Source: Phoronis australis
Lineage: Eukaryota > Animalia > Phoronida
NCBI GenBank assembly: GCA_002633005.1
Contig: NMRA01000165.1
Span: 596,489-654,489, forward strand
DNA length: 58,001 nucleotides
Direction of reading: 5' to 3'
Of this stretch, positions 1-11,167 are shown one piece after another (position 1 is the first letter of the stretch; each line of letters opens with the position of its first letter). The notes under the pieces were generated by a model that saw only the letters and a list, made by a program, of their open reading frames with translations, did no database searches and was not told the DNA's origin. The position numbers and the translations under genes were made by a program.

Positions 1-479
1 CCAGGACAAGTAAACAAGGCCATCTACACTTTTGACCCACACAGTGTACAGTAGAGCTACCAGGACGCATAATAGGAACAAAACATCAATGACAACACTT
101 TTTGTTTAGAACTTCCATTTATGTCAACAGTCTAGATAACATGATCTGAGGAAAGGACAGAACTTAGATTTATCACGACTCAACAGATTTACATGTCTCA
201 TGTTAATGGGAATATTTTAAAGATAACCTTTCCGCTTAAAACTGCAGTGCTACTAGTTTTACTGGCTGAAAAAAAAACAAAAAAAGAATTAGGCCTCTTA
301 CTGTTGTAAAATCGGTCTCACATGATAGGCCTTGTTTTCTGTTACCAAGAATATGTATAGAAATGAAGCTGTTAGAGATCTTTTCAACTTAGGACTGTCG
401 CAAAAAACAGTAGTCATTATTAGCTATCGCTTTGCTATCCTTATTACCGTTGTGCACCTTCGACGTTTGTTGTGAAGAC

Positions 480-720
480 TAGGGACCGCGCGTCGTAACA
501 ATAGGGTGGTCCCGGATTGCACAAAGATAGAACTCCTCTTTGTCCCGGAGATAAGAGAGCGTGTGACCTAGTTTTGGAAATGGGGCACATTTTCGTGTCG
601 CTCTGTCGGGAAGGCGATGACTTTCTGATCACATATCCACGGGTATTTGTCCAGTTCTTCAAACTTTCTCACGTCGGAGTTGCAACCCACGGCAGAACAA
701 TAATACTTCGTTGGGATTGA
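480..720 (-). pseudogene. Degenerate THAP zinc-finger remnant (DNA transposon derived)
   Basis: Minus-strand PTKYYCSAVGCNSD...W...IAFPTER...PHFQ resembles the THAP pattern Cx4C...FP...HF. It is internally deleted and ends in a stop. Confidence 0.5.
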
Positions 721-901
721 AAGGACGAATAGAGTCAGTAATGCAACCGAGAAAAACTTGTGAAGCATCAGAAAACAACATTATAACATGTGAAAATTCA
801 GTGGCATGAAAACGAGGCAGAAAATGACGGATGTTTACGGCATTGTAGGAATACAGCGAGATTCGGGTGTTGTTGTTACGTGTAATCCGGGACGGCCCTG
901 T

Positions 902-1085
902 TATTCAAACATTGATGATGTGATTGGTTTTATAAACCGACAGATATCGATGCACTCAGCAACATGGTTATAGATTCATGCACCACAAATGTGTCACAAA
1001 TGCCTTAGTGGTGAAACGAAAAACTGTACGAATCATTCTTTCTACTGCTGATCCAGATGGTGTGGCAATGCGATGCGCCAGAGGA
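902..1085 (+). pseudogene. IS3EU-like transposase fragment
   Basis: With one frameshift near 953 it reads YSNIDDVIGFINRQIS/TQQHGYRFMHHKCVTNALVVKRKTVRIILSTADPDGVAMR. This matches the recalled GYR.M...V.R.TVR..L...DP.GV..R segment that precedes the catalytic core of eukaryotic IS3-like transposases. Confidence 0.55.
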
Positions 1086-1284
1086 CTGTTTACGTACAGC
1101 GACACAGTGAGGAAAATTGTCTAGGGATATCGAGATCCTGAGATAATTAAAAGAGAAACGCACGATGTCATCTTTGCGCCACCATAAAATGACAGGATAA
1201 GAAACGTTTGATTTTATCTCCATATTTACGTAATCAAACCTTGAAACGGCGCTACAAGAATTTCTATGTGCAGTCTGTCTGGAT

Positions 1285-1553
1285 CATGCGCGCACCCAGC
1301 CTAACACATAGGGGGGCTCGAATTTTTGGCAATGTGGACCTTTTACTAACAAAAAATACAGTGGACCAAAAAAGCGGGGAACCACGTTCAGAGCTATAAA
1401 TTGTGCATTCGCGCCTTTTGAGTACACTTTTGTCTCGTTTTCTCGGACTTTTTTTTTCTCTGAGGCGGACCCTTTTGCCCACTTTCGCCAAATGGGGGGC
1501 TCGTCCGAGCCCCCCTCCCCCCTCGCCCCCCCCCCCTCCTGGGTGAGTGCGTG
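1285..1553. mobile_element. hAT-like MITE, 269 bp, 8-bp TSD
   Basis: Termini catgcgcgcacccag / ctgggtgagtgcgtg. Perfect flanking duplication gtctggat (1277-1284 and 1554-1561). A second copy lies at 9183-9425. Confidence 0.85.
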
Positions 1554-2048
1554 GTCTGGATGGTGTGCTTGTTGTTACTTTGACATGAAAAGTTTAACAA
1601 ATCGTCGTCTGTGTATCAAACACAGCAACAGCACCTCCTCTTTGTCAGCTATTGTTCACTTTACACTCTAAAATTATCACGTCCAATATGGCCGCCCGAC
1701 ATTGCAACGCGAATGTCGCTCGCTAGCGTCCAGTCTGGTCAGGCACACAAGACGGAGTGCTACCAATGTACTCTGACTAAAGTATTGAATATATTTCGGA
1801 GATTAGCAACTGGATTTCGTTGCCATATTTACGACTTAATTCATTATGAGGCTATCCTGTCAGATATTACGACTTAATGTTAGTGAGGAAAAAAAGATGC
1901 ACGTGTCATTTGTGTGTCAATGTGCAGGGATTTGGAATTTGATAATCGTTTTTCAACTCTGCCCCCAGTCCGGCTGGTATGTTACAATAAGCTGAAGGAG
2001 TTGCCATATTTTTGTTTCTTTACCTTTACGAGTTATGATGCTTGACAG

Positions 2049-2203
2049 GTATGGTCGACGATTAACCCTCGTGGCATCTTCAGCTATTCAGTTTGTGTTT
2101 GGGATAGCGGCAAGTTTCTCACCTGACTTCACCACTTTTACCGCCCTGAGGTTCATTGTCGGCATTGGTACGGGAGGGCAAAGGAACGCTGCCTTTGTCT
2201 TAG
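2049..2203 (+). CDS. SLC22-family transporter paralogue 1, internal exon (equivalent to canonical exon 3)
   Basis: Boundaries cttgacag|GTATGG ... TTAG|gtgagc; 155 bp. Encodes YGRRLTLVASSAIQFVFGIAASFSPDFTTFTALRFIVGIGTGGQRNAAFVLG (MFS GRR loop, TM3-TM4). Same length and phase as exon 21949-22103. Confidence 0.93.
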
Positions 2204-2406
2204 GTGAGCAATGAAGATGCATGTTTTTACTTTCACTGTTTTTCATTGTCATTTCTAATGGGCCTAGTTTCTAGTGAGCAAATGTAAATGCCGACTAACG
2301 CATAATTAAAAAAGTTAAAGAGTCAAGTGTTGAAGATAGCGTTGTGAAATGGAACTCCCTATCTAACTGCTGCCCTTCTACACGTGAAGTAATTTCTCTT
2401 CCAAAG

Positions 2407-2575
2407 GTCAGGAATGGTGCACGCAGGAATTGCGAACTTTTGCCAATATTATTTGCATCGTCATGTGGGCCACAGGGGGCGTCGTTTTGGCATTTGTGGC
2501 ATACGTAACTCGCAACTGGCAGCACGTGCAGCTAATCATCTCCACTCCAATGTTGATTTTCGTTCTATACTACTG
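2407..2575 (+). CDS. SLC22 paralogue 1, exon 4 equivalent
   Basis: Boundaries ttccaaag|GTCAGG ... TACTG|gtaagc; 169 bp. Encodes QEWCTQELRTFANIICIVMWATGGVVLAFVAYVTRNWQHVQLIISTPMLIFVLYYW. Phase-compatible with both neighbours. Confidence 0.93.
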
Positions 2576-2870
2576 GTAAGCCCATTCATACTGTCAGTTA
2601 AGACACTTTATAAGGAAGGGTCTTGACATGCAAGCATAAGGGAAACCGATACAAGATCCCCGAGAAACGCACAAAAATACATGGTCGTTAGTCTCGTTCT
2701 AGATGGCGACAGTTCGAATGACATGGCCGGAGTTTGACTGACGAAATAATGTTTCGTTTCTGAATAGATCTTACCTTAAATCTAGACATATTTTTTAGAT
2801 TTGCTTTGTACTTCGTTGAGGATTCGATAAACGAGCGGGTTAGCGAATTTGTTCTCCTTGGCCTTCACAG

Positions 2871-2997
2871 GATCGTCTATCCCTCACCGAGATGGTTACT
2901 CACGAAAGGACGTCGCAAAGAGGCAACGCAAGTTTTAGTCGCAGCCGCTAAGTGGAATGGAAAAGAACTCGATCTTGATGACGTTGCCATCGAGCTC
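2871..2997 (+). CDS. SLC22 paralogue 1, exon 5 equivalent (central loop)
   Basis: Boundaries ccttcacag|GATCGT ... GAGCTC|gtaagt. Encodes IVYPSPRWLLTKGRRKEATQVLVAAAKWNGKELDLDDVAIEL, a variant of the PESPRWL motif. Confidence 0.92.
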
Positions 2998-3419
2998 GTA
3001 AGTTCAATTTTTACCATGTTACAGCGGAATTTTTCTTGGCTTGGCTTTGCTAAAACACAATTTAACCGCTTTAAGTCGACGTCGCACGATGTTTATGCAG
3101 GCGATTTTGCGGCAGAAATTTTGAACACTTGTAAGGCTGTCGTGAGTCTGACATTCAGCGTTTAGATGTACATTATGGTTTATGCACATGCGTTTCTGGT
3201 CCAAAATCGCACTTGATGACTCCTAGATTTGAGCTATAAACTCGAGTAAAAATTAAAAATTTCGAGTTCAAACTCGTATTTTCAGCTGTAATGTTGGGGC
3301 CATTAAGTGCAACATAGGGTTACACAGTTAGCTGATATGTACTCGATCATAGAATGATAGACCTGTATTGTAAAAATGGTGGTTTGCTCTGAGCCAGAAC
3401 TATTCAACCTTTTCTTCAG

Positions 3420-3717
3420 CCTAAGGAACACAGGAGTTCTTTGCTGGATACGTTGAGAACGCCCAACATGCGCTACACCTCGTTCATCGTCTGGTACCTC
3501 TGGTGCGTAATGGGTTTGGCATTTTTTGGCCTCAATTACAATGTGGGGAACATGTTCGGCAATCTCTTCGTGAACTTCATCGTAATGAATGTAGTAGGAG
3601 GGGTGGTCACGACAACTGTATTTTACTTCATAACGAAACGAGGTCGGCGATGGGGAATGGTCAGTGTGTTGACGGCAGGTGCAGTTTCCAATTTCGTCAT
3701 CGTGTTTTCCAATAAAG
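3420..3717 (+). CDS. SLC22 paralogue 1, exon encoding TM7-TM9
   Basis: Boundaries ttcttcag|CCTAAG ... AATAAAG|gtaaga. Encodes PKEHRSSLLDTLRTPNMR...LAFFGLNYNVGNMFGNLFVNF...KRGRR (second GRR motif). Confidence 0.9.
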
Positions 3718-3860
3718 GTAAGATGATTGTACTTGTATTGTATTGTAAGGTTAAGTTGTCGAATGACGTACTGTAATAATGGAAATAATACAGAAATACA
3801 GTCTTTGGAAAGATGGGCATAGAGAAAACTGTCAATGGAAATGTCTGAGACCTATAGTAG

Positions 3861-3920
3861 CACATCTTGAGATGAGACGGACGAGTCCATCACATCTTGA
3901 GATGAGATGGACGAGTCCAT
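3861..3920. repeat. 30-bp tandem duplication
   Basis: cacatcttgagatgagaYggacgagtccat x2, one mismatch. Confidence 0.95.
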
Positions 3921-4270
3921 GCTTATATAAATGCATTTGACAAGTGAAGTCTAATGCTTGTTCAGTTGTTCTCTGCTAATCAGTTACTCACTTGACTTCA
4001 GCCCAAATCCTTTGTATAGACATGCAGACCTAACTTTGGCTATACCTACATGTATTCAACAAAACAACCCACAGACACACGTGTGTTTATGGACACGATG
4101 TTTTAAGTAACAGATTGTCACGACAATTTTTGCACGTGGCAAAATTTGAGCGATATTTAAACCAATTAAAAAGGTGCAAGCTGAATACACTCACTGGTTT
4201 GGTTGTAACTGATGCACAAAGCATTGGAGAATGGAAATGAATGGCTTACGCGTATTTGACTAAAAACCTA

Positions 4271-5664
4271 CAGCTGATTTCGTAAAGGTGGTTTAAAGGT
4301 AAACCTGGTTTAAATTGGACTTAGATCCGGTTTAACTATAATCTGCATTTCATAAAGTTGGTTTAACTTTTACACCAGTGGTCTAGTAAAATCTGGTTTA
4401 ACCCCAGTTTAGACTTGGTCTAAGTCTGTTTTCATTTCACCAACGAGATCTTTATTCCTTAGACCTGTATTAAGATCTTAAACCAGGTTTAACTTTAGAC
4501 TTGGTCAGACCCTGGTTTAACACTGTTACATATGGCAGACTTGCACGATATAGGTGCAACTGAATGATGCCGCGGTGTGCATTTACGAACCAGTTTAAGA
4601 GCAAGAATGAACTATTCTCAATATTCAATTTTACGACACACAAGATCAAACGTAGCAGGGTCGGATCCAGGATTTCTTAAAAGGGGGTTCAGACCAAGGA
4701 TTTTTTTGAAAAGAGTGGTCAAAGACAACAATTCTAGATTTGTTATCACTTAAGTCAAGGGAAAAAGTGGGTCCGAACCCCCTTGAACCCCCTGTTTCCG
4801 CCTATGCGTAGACCAGTAGGTGTTGCAGAGTGTCCTTCGGATTCTTCAGAATACGAGTGGTCGAGCACGGCGCCATCGTCTTAAAGCGCTACGGGCTTGA
4901 TTGAAGACGGCGTTTTCTGATTCTTCTGATAGAGTTCCACCCCCATTGCTCCTCGATTAAACGTTGCCGGGCAGGGGCAGGGATTCTGCCTTCTCCCCCC
5001 CCCCCCTCCTTGTCTGCAGTAAAATGACACAAAATGAATTTGGGCATTTATTATATTGCGGCTAATCGTGAGAATGTACTTTAATGTGTGAACGTGTGTT
5101 GGGCACAGACATTACAAAATGAAACATGTCCTCTCATGATATCCTAGATCTGCTACTGCGTCCCTCGCAGTTTTTCTTTGCAATTTTTTCACTGATGAAA
5201 TTTTCTTTCTGGCGCTCATTTTTAGTGATACCCTTTAATTGTTTGTCAATGCATTTCTCCAGTTGTGGGGACTGCGCAGCCAGTTTGGACCAATATCTCT
5301 CTCTAAGTCTGCTGCTTATGTTGACTTGATTTGGCACCAATTTTCTTGTTCTCTATAACATTGGCTTTTTTCTGATCAGTTCTGGGAGGAAACATTTTTT
5401 TCTCATGAGAAAAGCTTTTAGACCTTTTTCGCAAATGTCTGCACTGATTCTACTACTGTAGTTTTTTTGTTGGGTTAGTCTAGATCGACACAGTAGGGTG
5501 GCTTGGATACATTAAACCTGTTTTACTAAAGCCGCTCCTCGGTCTAACAAAGCCAGGCTTTCAGATTTTTAAACCACGTTGGTGAAATGCAAGTTAAGTT
5601 TCACCTTAGCCCAGGCTTAAGTTTTGAACCTGGTTTTGTTTAACCATCTTTATGAAATCAATTG
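4271..5664 (-). mobile_element. PIF/Harbinger-type non-autonomous element, copy 1, with Myb/SANT remnant
   Basis: TIRs cagctgatttcgtaaag / ctttatgaaatcaattg and 3-bp TSD cta (4268-4270, 5665-5667). Subterminal (aaacc)Wggttt arrays. Minus strand ~5435-5290 reads RKRSKSFSHEKK...VIENKK...K..*REI, like the Myb/SANT ORF of Harbingers. Confidence 0.8.
4656..4806. mobile_element. GGCGGATCC-type MITE nested in Harbinger copy 1
   Basis: Termini cagggtcggatcc / tttccgcctatg. 5-bp TSD cgtag (4651-4655, 4807-4811). Confidence 0.75.
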
Positions 5665-5822
5665 CTATTCATTCAGCAGTAGCCATTCACAGGTGTGAAC
5701 GCACACCCATAAACCGTTAAAAGTGGATTGCATGTCATTTTCGTTTTCAAGCAGAATGTTGTGGGTGTTATTGTATGCTGTAATTTGTTTAAAAAGTATA
5801 GTCCCAGAATTCTACAATCTAA

Positions 5823-6934
5823 TAGCCGATTTTATTATGTTTAAGACTTAAACCTGGTGTTCCTAAACCTGGTCTAATTTAAGACCTAACTTGCATTTCA
5901 CCAACGTGGTTTAAACTCTGAAAGCCTGGTTTTGTTAGGCCATGGAGCGGGTTTAGTAAAACCAGGTTTAAAGTATCTAAGCCACCCTGCTGTGTCGATA
6001 TGGATTAACTCAACAAAGAAACTATTGAAGTGTTTCAAGGAAACCTTGATCACGTGGGTATACAATGGCACATGCACAGTAGTAGAATCAGTGCAGACAT
6101 TTGCGAGGAAGGTCCAAAAGCTTCTCTCAGGAGAAAAAATGTAATGTCTCTACTCAACACATGTACAAACATTAAAGTATATGCTCACCATTAGCCCCAA
6201 CACGATAAATGTCCAAATTTATTTCCGTGCCATTTTAGTGTTTATTTTTCGCGGCCAAAGGGGGCAATGGGGGCAAGACCCTTTCCCGGCAACATTAAAT
6301 CGGAGACCAATGGAGATGGAACTCAGAAGACTCAGAAGATGCTGTAGTTCAGTCAAATCCGTAGCGCTTACGACGACGACGCCCTGCTCGACCAGTCGTG
6401 TTCTGAGAAATCCGTAGGACACCATCCAGCACGTACTGGTCTAAACATAGGCGGATCCAAGAGGGTCAAGGGGTCCTGGCCCACTTTTCCCCTTGATTTT
6501 AGTGATATCAAATCTATAACTTTCAAATTGTTGACTTGATCCCACCCTTTAAAAAGTCCTTGACCGACCCCCCCTTGAAAATCGTGGATCCGCCCCTGCT
6601 ACGTTTGGTCTTCTGTCGTCGTAAATAGCGTCGTAATTGCATTCCGCGGCATCATTCAGTTGCACCTATATCATGCAAGTCTGTCGTATTTAATAGTTAA
6701 ACCTGTCTAAAGTTAAACCTGGTTTAAGATCTCAATACGGGTCTAAAGAATATAGACCTTGTTGGTGAAATGAAAACAGACTTTGACCAGGTCTAAACTG
6801 GAGTTAAACCAGGTTTTGCTAGACCACTGGTCTAAAAGTTAAGCCACCTTTATGAAATGCAGATTATCTTTAAACCTGGTCTAAGTCCAGTTTAAACCAG
6901 TTTTAACTTTAAACCACCTTTATGAAATCAGCTG
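5823..6934 (+). mobile_element. PIF/Harbinger-type non-autonomous element, copy 2 (inverted relative to copy 1)
   Basis: Reverse complement of 4271-5664 with an internal deletion. Termini tagccgattttat / ctttatgaaatcagctg. TSD taa (5820-5822, 6935-6937), the canonical TWA target. Confidence 0.8.
6446..6598. mobile_element. GGCGGATCC-type MITE nested in Harbinger copy 2
   Basis: Termini cataggcggatcc / ggatccgcccctg, at the position homologous to 4656-4806. Confidence 0.75.
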
Positions 6935-8254
6935 TAAAAGTTTATGTGAAAGACGAATTTTTCCAGGGCATCTGATCATCTAATCGTTTCAAAAATTGTG
7001 TGGCGTTTGTGCAAGTCCACTATTCCAGTCAATTCCAACTCATGCAATTGCTGGGAGCTAAAGCGACATACAAGAGCTCAGAACATGATTTTGTCAGGAC
7101 TGCTCTATCATTGAACAACAAAATCGCACATTAAAAATTCAACCATAATCCGCTAGTTGGCATATATGTGTGTTCGTGTGCGTGTGCGTGAGCCTTTGTG
7201 TACATTCATAAATGCTTCAAATAAATTTTGCTCTGACAAAAAAATACACTATCAGTAAAAACATATTGGCGTGAACATCATCAGGCTTGAATTTCAATCA
7301 AACAATCAAAATCAATCAATTCATCAGTCAATCCTGGGCCCATTGTGCACAGAGACGAGTACCCAGTTGCATTGTCTCATGGACGATATCCGAAATGTTG
7401 GAAGGAACACTGCTGAATTACTCTTGTCTAAGATCAAGTGTCGTTGTGATATCCGTCGTTGAAAGTCTTTTCTGAGTTTTGCCAAGAGCGTGAAATTCAT
7501 ATAAAATATCATTTGCAGCAGATACTCTACCCGGAATTTTCGTTACTGACTCATTGGAGTTTTTTGTACATCTAAGCATATGACTATACTTCAAAAATGC
7601 AAGTTGTTTTTTCGAAAAAGGGCGAATGCAAACCTCAGGAAACAATTTTGAGACAACTGTCTGGACTAACTTGAAAAGGCGAATTTCACGAGTTAGGAGT
7701 TTTGGTTGCGCGCAAGTAAGTCCACTGGCTTCGATTCATAGAACATTTATGGTTTTATAGAATAAGCAGAGAAATTATTGGTAAATTGAATGCATGAGGT
7801 CTGAACAACTTTATTCCAAAAGAACCCGATGGGATCGAAGTTATCGTGTACGATTCTTGTGATCATTATATTTTTCATACGTGGCATGGTCACTGTAATA
7901 CATGTAGAGAAAGCGGACTGACTGCCAATTTAAATTTCAAGTTAAAACAAAAATGATATCAATGTCAACAAGGGAAGCCGTGGGTGTTGACTGACATTGT
8001 ATTACTTCGTCTATGCGTAATGGTTAAAACTACGTGATAAGCGCGTTTTTTTCCTCCAAACGACACGAGTGGCATGCAATTTGTTCACTTTTTAACGTAG
8101 ACTCTCTCTCTGCAATCAATTCTGTGCTTGATTCTAGCGCACAATAGCAGCCACTCAACCTATCTCACCATTGGATATCCCTACATACACCTGTCTACTC
8201 CGTCATATTACTGTCATTTTTCTTGTACATGTGCTCAACTTGTTTTTTCATGTA

Positions 8255-8324
8255 ATTTGTGTGTATTTGGCTATATGTATATGCTTGTTATTTGTGTGTA
8301 TTTGGCTATATGTATATGCTTGTT
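8255..8324. repeat. 35-bp tandem duplication
   Basis: atttgtgtgtatttggctatatgtatatgcttgtt x2. Confidence 0.9.
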
Positions 8325-8585
8325 ATGTAACTACTTTTTGATGTTAAGCTTGCTGCGTGGGACGGACCACAACGGAAATAATTGGCTCCCTTTTCTTGTC
8401 ATCCGTGTATCAATTGTTCTGTTTTAGATTACTTGCATTTCAGTCTTATTTGTGATCCTTGCTTCCTTGTCGGTCTTCATCAGTCTTTCTGCAGTGTTGT
8501 CTTATGTTTATCGTGTTGTATTACTTTCGTGGTCAATTGATGTTAAACCAATCAAGTAACTCTGCCTGTTTTATGTATTCCTTAG

Positions 8586-8767
8586 CGTTCCCGAAGCTGA
8601 CAATCGTTTTCGCCACTATGGGTGTTTCGGCAACTAGTGTCTTCGCCGCCATCCTGTATATCTACACTACAGAGGTGTACCCTACATCCGTGCGTACAAT
8701 TGGGCTGGGAATCAGCTCCATCTTCTGTCGAGTGGGTGCAATGGTTGTTCCTTTCATTATCAACCTC
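8586..8767 (+). CDS. SLC22 paralogue 1, exon encoding TM10-TM11
   Basis: Boundaries tccttag|CGTTCC ... AACCTC|gtaagt. Encodes FPKLTIVFATMGVSATSVFAAILYIYTTEVYPTSVRTIGLGISSIFCRVGAMVVPFIINL (ExxPTxxR motif). Confidence 0.92.
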
Positions 8768-9182
8768 GTAAGTGTGATTCCTGTTCTGAAGTCAACATAT
8801 TTCTTGAACAGTGATAACAAACGCAAATGTCTCATGTTGAAAACTGCAATCAAGAGCCAAAATATAAAAACGATAAAAGTGCACCTAACTCTTGACATTA
8901 AAGCAAAGAAATTCTTTGAAGAAATGTCAACCTTCAAAGCAGGTCCATACGGAAGCTCCAGGTGCACTTGCATCGTATCCAAAATTCAGTATTTTGTCAA
9001 AAAATAGTTAAGGCACAGTTTGCAACAAAGACTCAAAGCATTCGTTGTTTTGCCACATTGACTAATTTACAGAACATTGAAATGATATTTTTATTTCAAA
9101 TTACAGATCACTGTTGAATTCACACTAAACTTTTGTTATTACAGTGTTAAATAATTTTTGGCGTCAAACAAAACATGAGAAT

Positions 9183-9425
9183 CATGCGCTCACCATGTCT
9201 GAAAAATGGGGGGCTCGAATTTTTGAGAATGTGGACCTTTTACCAAGATTAACAGGGTACGTTTAGAGGTATGGATTGTGAATTCGTCGAATTTTGGTGG
9301 ATTTTAGAGGACTTTTGTATCGTTTTCTACTTTTTTTGATTTTTTTCCCTGAGGTGGATCTTTTTGCCCATTTCGCCAAATGGGGGGCTTGTGGAGTCCC
9401 CCGAGCCCCCCTGGGTACACACATG
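9183..9425. mobile_element. MITE, second copy of the 1285-1553 family
   Basis: Shared termini catgcgc... / ctgggtacacacatg and shared internal blocks gggggctcgaattttt..aatgtggacctttt and ttcgccaaatggggggct. The TSD has decayed. Confidence 0.8.
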
Positions 9426-10529
9426 ATAATAGCTACAGACAAGTGCTGGTGTTATTCGCGATGAAACGCCAAATTTGACTTTACAACAAAAATAATCTAG
9501 TCTTATTAATCACATTAGTTAAACTTATTTCACAATACCAACAAAATAGCATAATGCAGCGGGGTAATCGTTACCTTGAAACTTGAGAAGGTCATTTTGT
9601 GCATTCTTATTTTTTCTCATATCATAGCAAACAGGTTGGACGTCAAAGTGAAATGTAGAACCTTATCGTCAAGCTAGTTAGTTCAGCCAAATATAATAAA
9701 AAATACTCGAAAAAATGCATTTTCTTCTGAAAGCAGAAAGCTAGTGGAATTTACTTTTTGACTTAATGCTAATCTATCGTTGGTGCGGTCATGCATTCTA
9801 GTAAAAAAGAAAGAAACAATCATATCCGAACAACCGTATCAATATCATGGTTAAATTTCGCTTCATGAGATTTTTCGAGATGGAATCTCAAGAACGATGT
9901 TAAGTTACAATTTCGTTTTCGTTTCAAGTAAGTTTTATTTTTTTCATAAAAATTCTTTAAAAGCCTCATTCAAAAATGGGTCAACGTAAAAACAATTCCA
10001 AGCAACTTTTTTGAGAACAGAGCTCGGAGATATCCTATGAATATGATCACAATTTCTGAGATATGATATTCCGAACTTATATCAAATTTAAATATTTTTC
10101 CATTAATTAAAGATGTATATTTTGGGGTAAATGCCAAAACACTAAAACTTGAGGTACTCAAAATCCAGAAGAAATATAATACATTAAACTTTGTCGAAGC
10201 CCCTTAAATGGATTTATAAACTAATTTTTTTGTGTTGAAACACACAAAAATCAAGTTACCAATTTGACTTTTAGATTAATCTGTTGATGGGACGTGGAGG
10301 TGGTTGAAACAACATCTTACTTTATTTTAAGATTTTACTGTAGACAACTATGCTCTCTTTCACGGGAAATTAAACGCCACTGCGCATGAGCAAAATTACG
10401 GTGTTGAAAAAATTCGTGAGAAAAAACAGCATTCCTGAGTCCATGCGGTCCATGAAAGAACGAGATTGCCTATCCTGATCGCATAATGAATGAACATATT
10501 TAGTTTATCTCAACCCACGTGTGTTCCAG

Positions 10530-10684
10530 TCCAGCATCATGGCTACACTTCCGTACATAGTTTACGGGGCGTCATGTGTCATTGGTGCTTTGCTGACGTT
10601 GTATGTACCCGAGACACTTAATCGCCGCCTGATGGACAATCTCGAAGAGGCGGAGCATTACAACAAATTGTTCTGCCGCTGCAG
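10530..10684 (+). CDS. SLC22 paralogue 1, exon encoding TM12 and PET motif
   Basis: Boundaries gtgttccag|TCCAGC ... TGCAG|gtgaga. Encodes SSIMATLPYIVYGASCVIGALLTLYVPETLNRRLMDNLEEAEHYNKLFCRC. Too short to appear in the ORF track. Confidence 0.9.
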
Positions 10685-11031
10685 GTGAGAATTTGTTTTG
10701 GTTCATTTCCTTTAATATAGCTGAATAAGATAACATATTCGTATTCACACAGCGACACTAATTTCTTGCAAAATTGAAGAGTTCACGCAAATCCACGCGA
10801 GATATTGCCATGTATGACACTCAGAATAAGCTATCGCAATAGCTTTTATTTGTGAATGAATTTTAATTCGATTGGTTTTATAACATACATGACAATACCA
10901 CAGAGGAAATAACTTTGTCGTCAGCTTTCGTAAATTTCTTGAGGCGCTTGTTATTATTGGTGCGTTTTGCACTATTTTTTTGGTAAAAAATATTTTTATT
11001 TGGCCAACCTACTGTCTCTTTTTCATCTCAG

Positions 11032-11047
11032 GAAATTTAGCATGTGA
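11032..11047 (+). CDS. SLC22 paralogue 1, probable terminal coding exon (RKFSM-stop)
   Basis: Polypyrimidine tract ctctttttcatctcag|GAAATTTAGCATGTGA. Phase 2 matches the preceding donor. The exon is short, so less certain. Confidence 0.65.
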
Positions 11048-11167
11048 CAATTTTAAATAGTCGGGATGTATTTCGAACATAAATTGTATTTCTTAAAGCA
11101 TATGCACTCGCACCTCTGAGACCGGTTCATTAACTCCTGTTGTGCATTGCTGGAGGTTTTATTGTCT

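Noticed and set aside
8128-8430. Hydrophobic 99-aa ORF
   Set aside because: Low-complexity TG-rich sequence with a tandem duplication, resembling a retroelement 3' tail; no protein motif.
8430-8495. Possible hammerhead ribozyme on the minus strand (CTGATGA...GAAA)
   Set aside because: No complementary stem II between the core boxes and no convincing stems I/III.
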